A stretch of 64,000 bases of DNA from Mobula birostris. Its lineage: Eukaryota. The stretch is taken from assembly GCF_030028105.1 (NCBI RefSeq), contig NC_092373.1:93884062-93948061 (forward strand). The letters run 5' to 3'. The position numbers were made by a program, and so were the translations under genes. This document shows, piece after piece, positions 24,930 to 36,829 of the stretch; within the stretch, counting starts at the first letter, position 1; each line of letters starts with the position of its first letter. The notes beneath the pieces were generated by a model, which was not told the DNA's origin, ran no database searches, and saw only the letters and a program-made list of their open reading frames with translations.

Positions 24930-25880
24930 CAACATGACGGCGCCAGTGACCAACACAACCAACAGTGATGGTCCACAAACAGTTCATGAAACTTCTTTTA
25001 AATATGCTTCTATGACTAAACTGCACGTAACTGGAGCCTGATATTTACATTTTGATGATGTGGTTTTGTGCCGACTGAGTGTTCTGGAGCTTTTGCTGTC
25101 TCCGGAGGAATTCGGCGAGGTTGAGAGCAGAGTGTGCAGCCTAAAGGTGGAGCACAGGCTCCTGGGTCAGCTCTATTATGTCTCGCTGATTAAAGCGTCG
25201 AGCAAGATTGAACTTGACAAGGACGAGAGTGGAAGGCAAGTGGGTGTTCAACGCCATTTGTCTGTGCTTGACTGGTCTCCCTTCCCCCTCGCTTACTGCT
25301 GCCGCAGGAGTCTCACACTGCAAGGTGTGATTGGCGTGGCTCATGGCTGTGGTCTTGTTTTTGGAGGACTGCGGTTCAAATTACATGCGTCTCTGGATTC
25401 TGGTCACTTTTTTTTTGCTATTTTGCGCAATTTGATTAGGGCACTTTGGCACAGACTGTCGCTGTGGCCTGCTATCACCAAACAATACAGTGCCAGACCA
25501 AATTAAACTGAACATCCCTAGACATTTCGAGGACTCTGCAGTTTGATATTTAATATTCTGTGTGTTGTTCACTCACTTTTTGCTGTTTGAGTGATTTGTT
25601 CTTTTTTTTGCATTTTGAGTGTTTGATGTTTTCTTTGAATGAGTTCCATCGTGTTAGTCCTGACGAAGGGTCTCAGCCTGAAACGTCGACTGTACCTCTT
25701 CCTAGAGATGCTGCCTGGCCTGCTGCGTTCACCAGCAACTTTGATGTGTGTTGCTTGAATTTACAGCGTCTGCAGAATTCCTGTTGTTTCCATCATGTTT
25801 CTTTGTTTCGTGGCCTGTGGGAGCATGAAGCTCAGTGTTGTATACTGTATATATATTTTAATAAATATAGTTTGACTCAT
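24930..25880 (+). mobile_element. Older non-autonomous retroelement (aacatgacggcgcc 5' end), interrupted by a PLE terminus
   Basis: CpG-richer 5' body and T-rich 3' end with AATAAA; architecture resembles 14111-14779. Confidence 0.45.
25656..25787 (+). mobile_element. PLE terminus with an intact minimal hammerhead core
   Basis: agtc-CTGACGA-agggtctcagcct-GAAAC-GTC-gact at 25656-25691; TSD ttccatcRtgtt on both sides. Confidence 0.8.
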
Positions 25881-26069
25881 TGGCTATAAAAGGTTCATTT
25901 TGCCCATGGTGTCTTGATTTACAGTGGGTGATATTTTGAAAATTATGAAATATTTCTTTAAATTCCTACCATTGCACAGATACTGTAATATCTTTTCATC
26001 GTTCTTTGTATAATTGTTTTCTGTCATTTCTGCTATAACGCATAGGCAGCCATTGAGTTGTAGGGAATA

Positions 26070-27075
26070 CAGTGAGCAGAATTGACTCGATGCTAGGATG
26101 CAGAGGGTTATTTGAAGGTTGACTCTGGCTGAAGACCTGTGACTAGTAGGTGTAGCCCAGAGGTCTGCGTCAGGACCTGTTATATGTGAATGATTTGGAT
26201 ATGAATATAAATGGAACAATTAGCAAGTTTGATGATGATACAAAATTAGGAGGTATTGTTGATAGTGAAACAAGTTACAATGAATTGCAAAAAAAGACCT
26301 TGATCAGTCAGGGAGACATGCTGAGGAATAGCAAAAGGATTTCAACTTGGGTAAGTGTGAGATGATGCATTTTTGGATAATCAAACCAGGGTAGGACTTA
26401 TACAGTGAATAACAAGGCACTGACAAGTATCATGAAACAGAGGGATCTGGGAGTACATGCACACAGTTTGTTAGAAGCGACGTCACAAGCAGACAAGCAT
26501 GTGAAGAAGGGAATTAGTAAGCTGGTCTTCATTAGTCAGGGCACTGAGTTTAGGAGTAGGGACATGATGTTGCAGTTATAAGTTGCTGGTGAGAATACAC
26601 TTAGGAGTATTGTTTACAGTTTTGGTCACCCTGTTATAGGAAAGCCATTGTCACACTTGGAGACGTTACAGAAGAGATTTAGGTGAATGCTGCCTGGACT
26701 AGAGAATCTGAGTTATAGGGAGAAGTTGGCCATACTGGATCTTTATTACCTGGAGTGCAGGAATCACCTCAGACGATTATGAAGCTATAAGGGATATGGT
26801 TAAGACAGACAGCCACGTCTTTTCCGCTGTGTTGGTGAGTCCAAAACTGGAAGGCGCAGATACAAGAGGGGAGGAATTTCACAAGAAACTTGAGAGGTAA
26901 CTTCTTTATACAGAGGATAATGAATGAACTTCCAGAGGAAGTGGTCAAAACAGGTACAATTTCAGCATTTAAGAGGAACAGAGGGGATAATTGTGAAAAC
27001 TGGGACTAGTAGGAAGGATGCTGTGGTTGGCCTGGACCGGTTGACATTTGCTCCAACACTATCTCAATCTACAAC
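26070..27075 (+). mobile_element. Old CR1 LINE RT 3' half
   Basis: Degenerate SKFDDDTK, KCEMMHF, EQRDLGV and EYC.QFWSP motifs. Confidence 0.75.
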
Positions 27076-27612
27076 GGGCTATGAAAGCACTTCAGTCTCA
27101 CTGCTCTGCAATTTTCTTGCAGATTTGGTATTCTGTTCCCCCTTATTGATTACTGGCAGTACAGCAATGGCACCCATTTTCCTCATCTCCAACCAAATGC
27201 GTTCTCTGTCCTTTAAGGACAGTAATTGAAAATCTGAAATTTTTTTAAAAAGTGAAACTCCTGGGAATACTCATCAGGGTCAGGCAGTTTTGTGGTCTGA
27301 AAAACAGAGGTAATGTTTCAGGTTGATTACTTCTCATCAGCCGATTTAATCCTTGGATACTTCAGCCTCTCCAAAGCCAAGAAGGCATGATATCCAGAAC
27401 TAATCTCCAGGTGGGCAACAGATAAGACTGTAAAGAGTAACTTATCTAATAACTTTTGAAACATGTGATTGCAGAGAAATAATTATTATAAGTTAAAGAA
27501 TCAGAACAGGAATCTGGTAGGAACCTCAGCAAAGTTCATCAGCATTGATGTCAGGTTAGAATGGAGAGAGTGCTTGCTCTCCTTGGAATAAGGAAAGCCA
27601 AGAAAAAATCAT

Positions 27613-27797
27613 AAACATAAGAGATTCTGCAAATGCTGGAAATCTTGAGCAACACACAAGAAGTGCAGAAAGAAGTCAGATCCTGATCATCAGGTTTCAT
27701 CAATCCCGAAGAAGGATCTTGGACTGAAACATCAATGTTTATTCTCCTCCATAGCTACATCCTGAGTTCCTCCAGTGTTTTGTCTGTGTTGTTCAAG
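27613..27797. mobile_element. Degenerate inverted PLE terminus
   Basis: Minus-oriented terminus followed by a plus-oriented terminus with a decayed hammerhead (ccgaagaaggatcttggactgaaacatc). Confidence 0.65.
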
Positions 27798-29354
27798 TTG
27801 AGAGATTTGGTTGAATTGCATGAGATCGTGATTGGTTTCGATTGGGTAAATAAAGGAAAGCCGGTTCCATTACTTCAATAGCCAGCAACAGAAAATTTTA
27901 GATAAAAGATATAAAGGGGATGTGAGAAACAAATTATCAAGAGTAGTTTTGATCTGAAATTCACTGTCCATAAAAGCAATGGAAATAAATCAGTCTTCAA
28001 AGCCAGACTCAGTAGGCCTTGAAAGTAAATTATTTGCAGCAGAAAGAGGATGATAGGATTAGGCCTCGAGGTGCTGGTAGAGATTCAAGTGGCTTCCTCT
28101 AATGTGGCATTTCTGGAATTCAGCACTGGACAAAACTTCAGCCTACCATGGGATACAAAACACTTTCATAAGTTTAAACAGCAAAAGCATTCATCTTGGA
28201 TCCCATAGTCAAGAGCCATTACATTTGGCAGATTATTTAATGACCATCACTTTCATCTTACACAAATGTGGGTAAGTTCTTAGTTCATGGTTCACATGGT
28301 GCTACCAGCACCCAAGCTAGCTCTCTATGTTGTACATACAGCTTCAAGTAAATAGTTTCTTTAGGAGGCCTGGCAATTAATACATCAGTTTCCCTCAGGG
28401 AGCACTTTCTTTCTCTTTGCCAGTGCTTAAGCTGCAAGCACAATTCTCAGAAACTGCAATAGGTAAAAATAAAAGCTGTCGTCAAAGTCCAAGGTTCGAA
28501 GCAGCCTCCAGTTTTGAGGGAGATCTGTTTGTTGACCAGTCTCACTTCCATTCTAACAAATTTCAAAAATACTTTAAGTGACATAGCAGGACAATCTCTG
28601 TAATGTGAAGGGCTAGTTTACTTGTTGGCTAAAAGCAGTTACCATGCTGGTGGTTGATTAACCCTTTCAAGGGATGCATCAGCTCCTTCCCATTGGTTGC
28701 CTTGCTCGCCAAGTCCAGTTCCAGGCGCTGAGTAGTACGTGCAAGAGACTTGCAGGTTTTCCTTTGTCTCCAGGTGCTCACCTTCACACTGAGGTCACGA
28801 CCAGTGCAGAAGAACCATTGGGGAAATGTGCTGCATATATAGGAAAGCCCATGCACACGCTTAGCTCGGTACTGAAACTGTTGAGTTTGAATGTTTGGTG
28901 TTGTAGTTTCTGTGACAGATGTTTGGTTGATTGTTTTACTGCTTGTCTGTAAATAAATGGTGAATGTGCTTATTTGTAATCAGCATCTTCTATCTCACTT
29001 ACCAAACCTGTGAACCTGCTTCCTTGTGACAAATCTCCCAAGTAATTCAAGACCTTTCTCTTTTAATAATACAGTAAGCAACACAATATCTGCTATTATT
29101 ATGGCATAATGTATTCCTGGGACTGATTCCAATGCAGTAATCTAGGCATTTAAGTGACATCATCAATCATAGCTATGAAGAACCAGGTTAACTTGTTCTT
29201 AGCTGAAACATCAGGTCATAGCTTTAAATACTTAGTTGTAAGGCTCTCTCTCTCTCTCAGTTGCTATTCCATAGTCTTATTGCAAAACATTTTCAAATTG
29301 GTAGTATGGTCTCAAAGAAATGGCCAAGAAATTGTATAAATAGTATAATGAATT

Positions 29355-30010
29355 GAACCGACTTTATTTCTGACATTCTTCACATACATGAGGAGTAAAA
29401 ATCTTTACATCTCCATCTGATTGTGTAATGTGCAATTTTGTAGTAATTTGTAATAAATAGTATGTACAACAGGACAGTCAATATAGCATAGAAATACAAC
29501 TGTGTCAGTGTGAATTAATTAGTCTGATGGCCCGATGGAAGAAGCTGTCCTGGAGCCTGTTGGTCCTGGCTTTAATGCTGTGGCACCATTTCCTGGATGG
29601 TAGCAGCTGGAACAGTTTGTGGTTGGGGTGACTCAGTTCCCCAATGATTCTTCGGGCCCTTTTTATGCACCTGTCTTTGTAAATGTCCTGAATAGCAGGA
29701 AGTTCACATCTACTGATGCGCTGGGCTGTCCGCACCACTCTGCAGAGTCCTGCAATTGAGGGAAGTACAGTTTCCATACCAGGCAGTGATGCAGCCAGTT
29801 AGGATGCTCTCAATTGTGCCCCCATAGAAAGTCCTGAGGATTTAGGGACTCATACCAACTTCTTCAACCGGCTGAGGTGAAACAGGCACTACTGTTTTTT
29901 TTTAAAACACACAGCCAGTAGGTACAGACCACATAAGGTCCTTGGTGATGTGTATGCTGAGGAACTTAAAGTTGTTCACCCTCTCAACCCCAGATCTATT
30001 GATGTCAATA
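29355..30010 (-). mobile_element. Rex1-type LINE 3' part
   Basis: RVVRTAQRISRCELPAIQDIYKDRCIKRARRII...HKLFQLLPS...RTNRLQDSFF.RAIRLIN. Confidence 0.85.
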
Positions 30011-30059
30011 TGGTGGGGAGGGGAAGGGGGGAGCCAAATCTTTTGGACACAGATGCAGA

Positions 30060-30515
30060 GAGTCCATTCACAGCACAGTGCATCACAGGCTCACCACTTC
30101 CAACCATCTTCATGATGTTTTTCTTCAGGAAGGCTAGTATCATCAAGGATGGCCTTTCCCTTTACTCTTTTCTACTTTCTGCCAGAAGATATAGGAGCTT
30201 GAAATCTTGGACAGCCGGCTTAAGAATAATTTCTTCCCCACTGCCAGCAGACCACTGAACCAATCATTTCTTTCAAACTTCCTTCCCAATGGTGCTGCTA
30301 CATCCTAGGACTCGCAATTCTCCGTTATTGTCACTTCAGCATTTCTTTTTCTACTACTTCAAGGTGCACGGCAATCTTTGCACCGTTCTGCTGCTTTGTA
30401 CTCGTCGCTGTGCTCGTTGTATTTATTATCACCACGTGTACCGTTTACCCTGCAAGTTTCATGCAAGCAAAGAATCTAATTGCACTCTGGCGTACATGTC
30501 CAAGTCTGAATCTGA
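30060..30515 (+). mobile_element. Degenerate Rex1-type 3' fragment
   Basis: TAQCITGSPLPTI...KASIIKD...LLSARRYRSLKSWT; tctgaa tail. Confidence 0.65.
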
Positions 30516-32389
30516 ACAAACATCACCCTAAAGTGCTGCGGATATGTTCTGCCAGTGAGCACATTCAAAAACTGAACTTTTTAAACACTTGAGGAATCAA
30601 GGATGTGGGGAAGTGGGCAATGCAGGTCAACTATGATCTCATTAAATGGCATAGGAAAATGCAAACAGCCTCCTCTAATGTTTAAATGCACATGAAGTGC
30701 CACAAGGAAAGCCTTTAAAAGTCAATAGAGATTCAGTTGCCCCTCGATATGCAGCATTCACATGCCTTCAAGTCAGAGGCTGTTCCAGGATGACCATCCA
30801 GGACGTGCAGCTCAGAAGGGCCATCTTTCCAAGTAGTCAATGATCCCCAGTCCCTCAGGTAAAGGAAGTAAGTGAACGATTCAAAGGTACATATGTCAGA
30901 GAAATGTATACAATATACATCCTGATTGCCAAGGCTTATACTCCAAAACAAACCAACAACAGACGAAGAGGGACGTATCAGATCAGGTATCATTCTACAG
31001 GAGGCCAGTATACTTGATCAGATCCAGGCTCTCCTCCATCCTGTTGACAAGCAACTGGATTTCCAGGTAGGTCATCTTATCCAAGGGGAAGGCAGAAATT
31101 AAAAAGATCTGCATTTTAAGGGTGGTGAATCTCTACCCAAGGGGGCTGTGGGGGCTCAAGACAGAGACTGATAGATTCTTAGATAAAGAAAGTCAAAGTC
31201 TATGGCATAAATGCAAGAAAATGGAGTTGAGGTAATAATACAGAAAGGCAAAGCAGTTACAAGGTACCTAGTTGGCTACTCCGGCTTCTGCTTCTTCTAA
31301 ATAAAATCAAATTGTAAACCATTCCACTACTAGATCATAAAGAGTCTACCTCTGAACTCCAGTTCCTTCAGTTTGATAACTTTCTCCCTTTCCCTATCAA
31401 GACTTTTCAATTTTATTCTTGATATTTTCAACTAACCCACCCACTACAGTTTTAAAGATTGTTCCCACCTTGGGTGAGGGAAAGTGCTTCCTGATTTCAT
31501 CCATGAACATAAAGCTTTAATCTTATAACTCTTTCTGTCCAAGACTCACAATGTGGGAGGTAGTTTCTTTCCATCTTCCTTTGAAAGTCCTTAGGATCCG
31601 GACTTTCCACTCATATTCGGCATTATTCTAGTGAATCTGCTCTACATCCCTTTCTAATATCCTTTGGCAGTTTGGGTCACAGAATAGAATGACACGTTTG
31701 CAATAAATATGAAGACAACATAAAAGACAATAGAGATTTTCAGAACAGTGACAACAGAGATATCAAACATTTTACCTAGAGGAACAGTTATCTTGATGGA
31801 AAACTAGGAGCAGAGTAGCCATGATTGACCAGTAGGGCAGACTTGAGAGGCTGAGTGGCCTACTCTTACTTTCTTCTGTTAAAATCATCAGCCTCTTCAC
31901 TGTTCAAGCTATAGTTTTCACATTCAGCTTTAAAAAAAAACAACCAAAATCCATCTATTCCAGCCACACAAACAGTCATAAATTTTGCAGTAGTCGATTA
32001 AGGATTGAGAACAGTTAGTCTTTTGAATAAAAGAAAAGCTCCATTCTAAAAAGAACCCAGTCCACTGAAAGAGTAATCTGTTGTTGGGACTGTAGGTCAA
32101 GAAGGACTTATTCGTTGAAATAAGGAATTCTTTGATAAGCAAAAGATTCATATCTCTCCACAAAATTAATCTGGGCTCCAGGTGATGTGGTTAACACAGC
32201 ATCTTAAAAAGATTCAGAGTATGTGACCCTCTCAGAGAGGTCTTGCTGGCACAGTAGCTGTGAATGAGCAATAGCTCTTGGAAAATATTTCTTCAGATAT
32301 ACGCAGGGATCCTGAGGTCAAGATCAGGCTCTACCTCCAAATGACCCAAATTCATGATTGATCAACATTTACTGATCAGTTGAGAATAA

Positions 32390-32850
32390 GAACACAAGAG
32401 AACAGGAGCTGTAGGCCATTCTGTCCCACAAGCCTACCCCACATCCAATATGATCACAGCTGATCTACCCCAAGCTTCATTTCTTTTATGTCAGTTCCTC
32501 AGAGCCCTCAATTCCCTTAACTTTATATAATTTATCTATCCTCCAGATGCTCTAGCCTCCAGAACCCTTCAGGGTAGAGAAATCTAGATACTCACCATCC
32601 TGAGTTCAATACATATTTCAGTTTTAAATGATCACCCCTAATCTTGTTATTATGCCGCTGTTTAAGACCTTTCACTGGTGTAAACAACTTGACATCTACC
32701 CTGTGGTGCCCCCAAGGATGCCATATATTTCAATAAGATCACCTCTCATTCCTCTCCACCCTAAGGAACATAGATCTGATTTCTTTAGCTACATATGACA
32801 GGGCAAATCTCTCAAGCCGGAAAATAGCCTCATGAATCTCTTCTGCATTG
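32390..32850 (-). mobile_element. Ancient CR1 3' fragment
   Basis: Degenerate CR1 3' UTR (taggccattctgtcccacaagcct...) and the RGDLIEI region. Confidence 0.6.
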
Positions 32851-33974
32851 TCAAAACCCCAGGAAGAATTAAAACTTCATTGAAGTCAGTGGCTGCAACA
32901 TCCAAGACAGCTGGGTTACAGCATTCTCCCTCAACAACTTAATAAAACAGTGCATAAAGCTGGGAACCTCTCCTGAGCTGAACTTTCAGTCGAGTATGGT
33001 ATTAAGATCATTTTTTCTTCCCACCAGAAACACTCTCTCTCCTAAATTTGTGAATCACTTTTCTCACAGACCTCTTTCTTCCTCCTTCGCAAAATCCATA
33101 GCCCGTCTTATCAGCCACATCATCTGCCTTTTTCAAGCCCCCCCCCCCCAGGGTCCTCACTGACATTAACAATGTTACACCCAGTCTGGAATACTGCAAC
33201 TCACCTTGGACAAAGGCTAACAGTCAACCTGCTCTTTAACATTTAAAAACTGAAGTTATGATCCTATCAACAATTAGAGTTTCCCATTCTCTATGAATTA
33301 CTAATTAATCATCTGGAACCTCTGAGGAACCCAGGTCCAACTTGTGGAGATACTTCTTTGCTCAGTTTGTAATTAACCTAGCTACACATTTCTAAATTCT
33401 TGGACTTCTAAAGCAATAAGAATTTAATTTTTTTTATCATCTTTAATCATAAACATTTCCATTTATGCATTCTATAAAATGTTTAATCTATTGGTTAAAA
33501 TCTGGATATTTTTCCTCTAAGTTTGCTAGTGTGAATGTGATTGCCTCCCTGGTCCATACATCACTTGCTGAATGCTACAGATCCCTTTGAATTGATAGCT
33601 GACAGCAAAAAACTTGAGAAACTAATCTCCTTTAACAATTCAGTAAAAGAAAAATGAATTGGAAGTGAAACAGGGCAAAGATTCAAAGTCACAGCAATAC
33701 GTCATTTGGGCACAAAGTCAGTTCATTCTTTTTTAAAAAAAGCTAAATTTAAGGAATGCAGTAAACCAAATTAACCAACCATACAAATTTCTCTCAATAA
33801 AGGCAAACTAAGGTTACTACATACAATTGGAGAGGATAATTATGTATAAATTAATTGCCTCAAATCTGTTGGTTATAAAGTTTCCAGGTTTGATTGGTAG
33901 GAGAAATATCTAATCATCTCCATACAGTCTTGGAATAACCAGGGCACAGAAATCTGGTGTATTAGTAAAGAGCA

Positions 33975-34032
33975 ACTGTAACGAAAACCAATTTCCCCCG
34001 GGATCAATAAAGTATGACTATGACTATGACTA
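33975..34032 (+). repeat. Short LINE 3' tail with (TATGAC)n
   Basis: gggatcAATAAAgtatgactatgactatgacta. Confidence 0.6.
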
Positions 34033-36369
34033 GGAAGTCTACCCTCCGGGACCCAGCAGACTTTTACAGGCAGCTTTCTTCAAAGCAAGAAGCAAGTGTT
34101 GTCATTTGGCTGTTTATTGTTGTGTGATCAATGGAACCTTGCAGAAACATCTTCCTGAAACAAGAAAAAATCTCGGACTCCTGAAATCATCCCGAGTAAA
34201 GTCAAGCCCATAAACAAGTGTCAATCCTCCAGTAAAGGTACGAGGGTGAAGAATAGAATTTTGCTGCACAAAAAGATGCCATTTGATGCCACTGTTTATG
34301 GCTAGCCGTCTCCGTGTGTCACAAGTTTGGAAGAACTGGAACAATTTCAGCCCATACTTCAACCTCAAATCGGGCCACCAAACCCTGCTCTAGTGAAAAA
34401 GGAACAGAGGCAGCTGGAAATGACTGAATATGGTATCTATGCACAGTAAAATGTTAGGCTGAATTAACACTAAGTAGAGACACACCACTGACCACTGGTG
34501 AAAAGTGCACTTTGCAATTAAGAGTTTGATTAAAGCACACAATCACACACTTACACACCACACTAATCATCAAGACATGGTTTTACCTTATTTGAATCCT
34601 TTAACTAAGGGTCTTCCTGTAATCCCAGATTTGCATGTTGTTTCAGGATTTGGGAAGGAATTGTTTCCCCTTGTTCCAGTACCGCACTGATAATCCAAAC
34701 CAGGTTTGACCTATTTCAGCACCTTCATCACAAGGATTGCTGCCTACCACAGTATCACCTACATTTCCCACCTGAACTGTGCAGTATCCTTGCAATAAGT
34801 ACTAAGCTAATCAGGAACAGAGGAGCATGGGATTGATTGCTTCTCAAAGTTCATAAAAGGACTAAGTGGGTCTCATCACTCGGGTATTTTACTGTCTTAA
34901 CCAATACCACAGTAACAGGAACTGCTTCTACCTACTGTTGAAGCCTTGACTGCCATTAGAGATGTCTTAAAATGGACTCCTTGTTTCTAATTCCACCACC
35001 ATAAGATGGCCTGTAGTGTGCTTCCAATTTAAGGGCTCTGACACCTTGGGTCTCAGTAATGTGGGCTAGTTTCCCTAATTATTATTGCTGCTTGGTGAAG
35101 TTAATACCTCATGCTAGACTAAATTTATCCTGTGATCAATCACTCCTTCAACTATCAACTACTTATATTTTCAAAAAAACTTTACAACCACTGACATCCT
35201 TGTATGTAATTTCCAACTTATGGTTCAAACTGTAAACTGTTCTGTTGTGTTATAGCTGTTTTAACTCTCTGACAACCAAAGCATTAAGGTATATCATCTT
35301 GGTTTACCTCTCCCTCCTCCACAGTTAAAGCTATAGAATTAAGCCAATTCAGAACTGTACCAGGAACTGTGGGCCAACAGCAGAGCAAAGCCTTACAACA
35401 GATGTACAATCTTTAACAAGAAACATTAATCTCAACCCATGTGAACGTTAAAAATCCTAATACATTAAATTTAAAAAAAACAGGGATAGCTTGGCTCAGT
35501 CAAAAATCCTTCATTCACCAGGGAAAAAGAAACAAATTGACTGGTGCTTAATCAAGCAGTACACAAACTCCCAGGTCTGTCTCCAATACAGAGACTACAT
35601 TTCAAAACAATTCATCATACACAGAGTACATGAGAAGATTGAGACACACACAAATTGGCAAATAAGTACAGGTTTCCAGCACAAGACTGGTTTTGTTCGA
35701 TGATTCTACTTTGAGAGTGGGAGCCTGACTCAAACCATTTAGTGAGAAACAAAACAATTTTTGGATTTTGCATTTCTAACATAGAAAAATATCTCAACCC
35801 ACTTCAAAGGCAAAGAGGAACTTAACACCAAGGAGTGGCAAACAAAAGTGTTTGGCAAGGAACAAGATTTGGTTAAAAGTCAAAGAAGAATAGGGAGGAA
35901 CAAAGATCTGTGGAGGGAGTTTAGAAAACAAAACACAACAGTGAAATGAAGGAGCATACACAAGAATGAAATGCAGATAGCAAGGAATGCTTTGTGCTTT
36001 AGGGACACAAAGTTTTGAATGCATGTTTCTATGCTGTATGATTCTGCAAATACGAGGAACTGGAGCTCCACAAATAGGTCAGCAAGAAATGAGGTGATCA
36101 GGAAGCAAGAGGCTAAAGAAGATGTTACATGGGTTACAGTATAAGAGAATAAGGAAGATTGCAAGGTCAGTTGAGATAATACTGGAATCAAGGCAGGGAT
36201 GAACATTAGTTCAACCCAATTCTGTTTTATATATTAACTGCCATTATGCTTTGCTGGGAGTTATCAAGATAGTCAATGGAGCAAGTCCTAAAACCTATAT
36301 GAGGCATTGTCAGGTTGAAATCTACCAAATGCTATAGTGCATTTGGGACAAATTTTGGGTGGCACAGTA

Positions 36370-36591
36370 GCCGGCTGGTGGCGTGGTGGCATCAGCACAG
36401 GACTTCGGAGCGAAGGCTCCCGAGTTCAAATCCAGCCAGCTCCCTTGCATGCCTTCCATCCGCACTGGGTTGAGTGTCGGGCTAGCAACTCGGCCTCGTA
36501 AAAATAAGAAACACTGCTAAAAAAACGCCATCATGACGGCATCCCAATGACTCCACCCAGAGTTAAGGGCTTTCTTCTTTCTTCTTCTGCA
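36370..36591 (+). mobile_element. tRNA-derived SINE inserted in the head of an HE1-like SINE
   Basis: A box tggcgtggtgg, B box gagttcaaatc, (ttc)n tail; 10-bp TSD tggcacagta (36360-36369 / 36592-36601). Confidence 0.8.
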
Positions 36592-36810
36592 TGGCACAGT
36601 AATGTAGTGGTTAGCATAACGTTATTACAGCTCCGGCGACCTGGGTTTAAATCCTGCCACTATTTGTAGGGAGTTTCTATGTTCTTCCCATGTCTGGCAC
36701 ACTATGATTTCCCCCCATATTCCAAAGACTTACAAGGTTAGTAGGTTAATTGGTCACATAGGTGTAATTGCGTGGTGCAGGCTTGTTGGGCCAGAAGTGA
36801 CTTATCTCTT
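36592..36810 (+). mobile_element. HE1-like V-SINE
   Basis: ggcacagtaatgtagtggttagc...ctgggtttaaatcctgcc...ccaaagact...ggttaattggtcac. Confidence 0.75.
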
Positions 36811-36829
36811 TGTTAAAGCATCTACATAC

